Shown piece after piece: positions 7,478 through 10,007 of a stretch of 10,007 bases of DNA (the first letter of the stretch is position 1; each line of letters starts with the position of its first letter). The position numbers were made by a program, and so were the translations under genes. This DNA comes from Candidatus Iainarchaeum sp. (GTDB lineage: Archaea; Iainarchaeota; Iainarchaeia; Iainarchaeales; JAXPJC01), in contig JACPJC010000010.1 in the NCBI GenBank assembly GCA_016187745.1, positions 1 through 10,007 on the forward strand, given 5' to 3'. The notes under the pieces were generated by a model. The model ran no database searches. It worked only from the letters and a program-made list of their open reading frames with translations, and was not told the DNA's origin.

Positions 7478-8155
7478 ATGGGGAAGAAAGCAGTATTCTT
7501 AACACTCATCTTAGTTTTAGCAGTTTTGTTTAGTGGCTGTGTCACAACAAAACCTGATGAAGGCGTGGCCGGGCTTTGTTCTAATTCAGAATATTCAACA
7601 ACTTATATAAAAAGTCTACAAAGAATAGGATTAACTGATGAAAGCATGTCGGCGCTTTCAAACAAAATCAAAACACAAGGCAACTCTGCATTAAATGGAA
7701 TTGCAGACCTATCTTGTCTAACTGAGCTGGGGTTGGGCGGTGTTTTAGGAGGGAAGAACATTTCAGACATTTCTATATTGCAGGGTTTGACTAATCTAAA
7801 AGCTTTAGGATTAAACGACACATCTGTTTCAGACATATCCCCCTTGGCAAAACTAACTAATTTAGACCATTTAACTTTAAGCGGAAGCAAGGTTTTAGAC
7901 ATTTCTACTTTGAGTGAGTTAACCGCCCTAAATTATTTGGATCTTGGCAGTACCTCTATTACAGACATTTCTCCCATAAAGAACTTAAAAAACCTGGAAG
8001 TTCTAGATATGACAAAAAGTGGTATTTCAGACATTTCTCAATTAAAGAATTTAACTAATCTTAAGCGGTTGATACTATATGGCACGTCTGTTTCTGAGGA
8101 AGACTGCAAGTCCCTAAAAAAAGACATGCCAAACACCATAATCATATGTCCATAG
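7478..8155 (+). CDS. Leucine-rich-repeat (internalin-like, 22-aa unit) lipoprotein
   Basis: Signal MGKKAVFLTLILVLAVLFSG-C with a lipobox. Repeats follow ISDISxLxxLTNLxxLxLxxTx. DNA-level 66-bp periodicity of TTTCAGACATTTCT-like words at about 7761, 7827, 7893, 7959 and 8025. Confidence 0.92.
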   Translation: MGKKAVFLTLILVLAVLFSGCVTTKPDEGVAGLCSNSEYSTTYIKSLQRIGLTDESMSALSNKIKTQGNSALNGIADLSCLTELGLGGVLGGKNISDISILQGLTNLKALGLNDTSVSDISPLAKLTNLDHLTLSGSKVLDISTLSELTALNYLDLGSTSITDISPIKNLKNLEVLDMTKSGISDISQLKNLTNLKRLILYGTSVSEEDCKSLKKDMPNTIIICP

Positions 8156-8171
8156 CAGAATTGTGTTGTTT

Positions 8172-8190
8172 GCTATTTAAATCTTTTTCT
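8172..8190 (+). repeat. 19-bp direct repeat, copy 2, containing the TATA-like box of the FTR-MFS-nth operon
   Basis: Identical to 6275-6293. It begins 33 nt upstream of the ATG at 8205. Confidence 0.92.
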
Positions 8191-8204
8191 CCTTAAATTT
8201 ACCC

Positions 8205-8483
8205 ATGGATAAGAAGAAACTCCTTGAAATCTCGCGCAAATATGCGGAGCGCGCAGGCCTGAAGCTAAATCCAAACAGGGAAGTTGTGGATTATGTGATT
8301 GAGGGCTTGCTTGAGAATGAGAAGAAGCACGGCTTCAGATACTGCCCGTGCAAGGCGCGCACAGGGAACAAGCAGGAAGATACAAAGATTATTTGCCCGT
8401 GCAGAACCCACAAGGAAGAGATTGCAAAAAGCGGAAGGTGCTGGTGCGGATTGTATGTAAAGAAGGATTGGAAGGGCGATTGA
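8205..8483 (+). CDS. Ferredoxin:thioredoxin reductase catalytic (beta) subunit-like [4Fe-4S] protein
   Basis: LNPN...VIEGLLENEKKHGFRYCPC...IICPC...EEIAKSGRCWCGLYV gives the CPC/CPC/CxC triad diagnostic of the family. Confidence 0.93.
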   Translation: MDKKKLLEISRKYAERAGLKLNPNREVVDYVIEGLLENEKKHGFRYCPCKARTGNKQEDTKIICPCRTHKEEIAKSGRCWCGLYVKKDWKGD

Positions 8484-9673
8484 TGAAAAAGAGAATTCAA
8501 AAAGGGCTTTTGAAGGGAATCAGCTTGAATGTCCTGCTGCTTTCAATTACTAGTTTGCTGAATGACATAAGCGGGGAGATGATTGCCCCGCTCCTGCCGC
8601 TTTTTATTGTTGCAATCGGTGGGGCAGGAATAGGCATTGGGCTGATAGGGGGCATTGAGGAAAGCTTTTCAGTGCTGCTGAAGTTCTTTTCAGGTTATTT
8701 TTCCGACCGTTTTGGAAAGCGCAGGCTGATTGTTTTCTCAGGCTATTCCTTAACAGCAATAAGCCGGCTTTTCCTGCCCTTTGCGGGGATATGGCAGCAA
8801 GTTCTTGCAATACGCGCATTTGACCGCTTTGGGAAAGGCGTAAGGGGCGCTCCAAGGGACGCAATAATTGCGGATTCCGCCGGGGAAAAGCAAAGGGGAA
8901 AGGCATTTGGCTTCCACAGGCTTTTTGACACGAGCGGGGCAATAATAGGAAGCGCGCTTGCGCTGCTGTTCTTTCTCTTCCTTGGCATTAATTTTCAGGG
9001 CATATTTTTAATTGCGGCGCTTGTCGCATTCCTTTCCCTTATTCCCCTGATTTTCGTAAGGGACAGGAAAAAGGCCAGGAAGAAATTTTCGCTGAAGATA
9101 GGGCTGAAGGGGCTTTCAGGGAAATTTAAAGTCTATCTTCTTGTTGTGGGCGTTTTTGCATTTGCCTCATTCAGCTATATGTTCTTCATACTGCGCGCGC
9201 AGGAGATTTTAGGAACTTCCCTTGAATCAACACTGCTGATGGTGCTTTCGCTTTATGTCCTGTTCAATATTGTTTATGCGCTGTTTTCCCTCCCCGCGGG
9301 CATTCTTTCAGACAGGATAGGGAGAAAGCGCACAATAATGATAGGATACGGGTTTTATATTGCCGCAAGCGCGGGCTTTGCGTTTTTCAGCAACATCATT
9401 CTTGTTATTGTGTTGTTCGCGCTCTATGGCCTTTTCAATGCATTTACTGATGCAATACAGAGGGCATTTGCCTCAGACCTTTCAAAAAAGGAGGCGCTCG
9501 GGACAGGCATGGGCGCGTTCTATACCGCAATAGGGGTTGCAGCGCTTCCCGCAAACATAATTGCAGGCGCAATATGGCAGTTCTATGGCGCGCAAATCCT
9601 TTTCATTTACGGTGCGGCAGTCGCATTTATTGCGCTCTGCATGTTCGCGCTTCTCATTAAGGAAAAGAAGTGA
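8483..9673 (+). CDS. Major facilitator superfamily transporter (about 12 TM)
   Basis: The start overlaps the upstream stop (TGATG). MFS motif A occurs twice (GYFSDRFGKRR, GILSDRIGRKR). DRFGKGVRGAPRDAIIADS and RGKAFGFHRLFDTSGAIIG are typical of a widespread MFS_1 subfamily. Confidence 0.95.
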   Translation: MKKRIQKGLLKGISLNVLLLSITSLLNDISGEMIAPLLPLFIVAIGGAGIGIGLIGGIEESFSVLLKFFSGYFSDRFGKRRLIVFSGYSLTAISRLFLPFAGIWQQVLAIRAFDRFGKGVRGAPRDAIIADSAGEKQRGKAFGFHRLFDTSGAIIGSALALLFFLFLGINFQGIFLIAALVAFLSLIPLIFVRDRKKARKKFSLKIGLKGLSGKFKVYLLVVGVFAFASFSYMFFILRAQEILGTSLESTLLMVLSLYVLFNIVYALFSLPAGILSDRIGRKRTIMIGYGFYIAASAGFAFFSNIILVIVLFALYGLFNAFTDAIQRAFASDLSKKEALGTGMGAFYTAIGVAALPANIIAGAIWQFYGAQILFIYGAAVAFIALCMFALLIKEKK

Positions 9674-9678
9674 ATGCA

Positions 9679-10007
9679 ATGCAGCGGAGCAGGGAAATAG
9701 GGGAGATAATAAAAATCCTTGAGAGGCGCATTCCTGTTGGGCTTTTCGGAAAGCGCAACAAATCCCCCTTTGAAGTGCTTATTGCAACAGTATTGAGCCA
9801 GCGCACGCGCGATGAAAATACTGCAAAGGCGGCGGAGCAGCTGTTTTCAAAATACAAAACACCAAAGCAGATTGCAAATGCCCCCGTAAAAGAAATTGAG
9901 AAACTAATAAAGCCAAGCGGCTTCTACAGGGTAAAGGCGCGGCGCATAAGGGAAATAAGCAGGATAATAGCTGAGCAACACAATTCGCGCGTGCCGAAAT
10001 CACTGGA
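9679..10007 (+). CDS. nth: Endonuclease III (HhH-GPD DNA glycosylase/AP lyase); truncated by the window edge
   Basis: Manual translation: MQRSREIGEIIKILERRIPVGLFGKRNKSPFEVLIATVLSQRTRDENTAKAAEQLFSKYKTPKQIANAPVKEIEKLIKPSGFYRVKARRIREISRIIAEQHNSRVPKSL. PFEVLIATVLSQRTRD and LIKPSGFYRVKA are Nth hallmarks. An in-frame GTG at 9670 is an alternative start. Confidence 0.93.
   Translation, partial: MQRSREIGEIIKILERRIPVGLFGKRNKSPFEVLIATVLSQRTRDENTAKAAEQLFSKYKTPKQIANAPVKEIEKLIKPSGFYRVKARRIREISRIIAEQHNSRVPKSL

Larger units (their letters stand above)
6275..8190. mobile_element. Putative horizontally acquired AT-rich two-gene islet bounded by a 19-bp direct repeat
   Basis: The exact repeats are 1897 bp apart. 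Sampled 60-nt lines inside are 33-38% GC (lines 6421 and 7801) versus 57% in sampled flank lines (3781 and 8881). No mobility gene is present inside. Confidence 0.6.

Noticed and set aside
7755-8100. 66-bp periodic repeats as a CRISPR array
   Set aside because: The repeats are degenerate, in frame and explained by the 22-aa LRR unit. No cas genes are present.
8348-8482. Longer MFS start at 8348
   Set aside because: It overlaps the FTR gene by 136 nt. The TGATG coupling at 8483 is more plausible.
9674-9700. ATG at 9674 as the nth start
   Set aside because: That frame stops after 8 codons. The Nth frame begins at 9679, or at GTG 9670.

Overview
This is a gene-dense window that looks archaeal. 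The signs are TATA-like boxes about 20-30 nt before start codons, a COG1361-type S-layer-domain gene, a XerA-like recombinase and frequent AGG/ATA codons; a DPANN-type host is plausible but is inference only. Gene order: (1) a minus-strand tyrosine recombinase, missed by the ORF track and truncated at the left edge, with a ~75-aa low-complexity N-terminal extension; (2) a divergent MacB/LolD-type ABC operon (ATPase, S-layer-domain protein, two paralogous permeases); (3) a convergent TraB/ChaN/EreA-like hypothetical gene bracketed by two hairpins; (4) a 1.9-kb AT-rich two-gene islet (membrane protein and LRR lipoprotein) flanked by an exact 19-bp direct repeat that contains the TATA box; (5) an operon of ferredoxin:thioredoxin reductase catalytic subunit, MFS transporter and endonuclease III (missed by the ORF track, truncated at the right edge). 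The two most unusual signals are the promoter-duplicating islet and a non-palindromic 9-mer, GCGGAGCAG. The 9-mer occurs 7 times in different frames and orientations, forms inverted pairs, and was not seen in the islet. All counts were made by eye.
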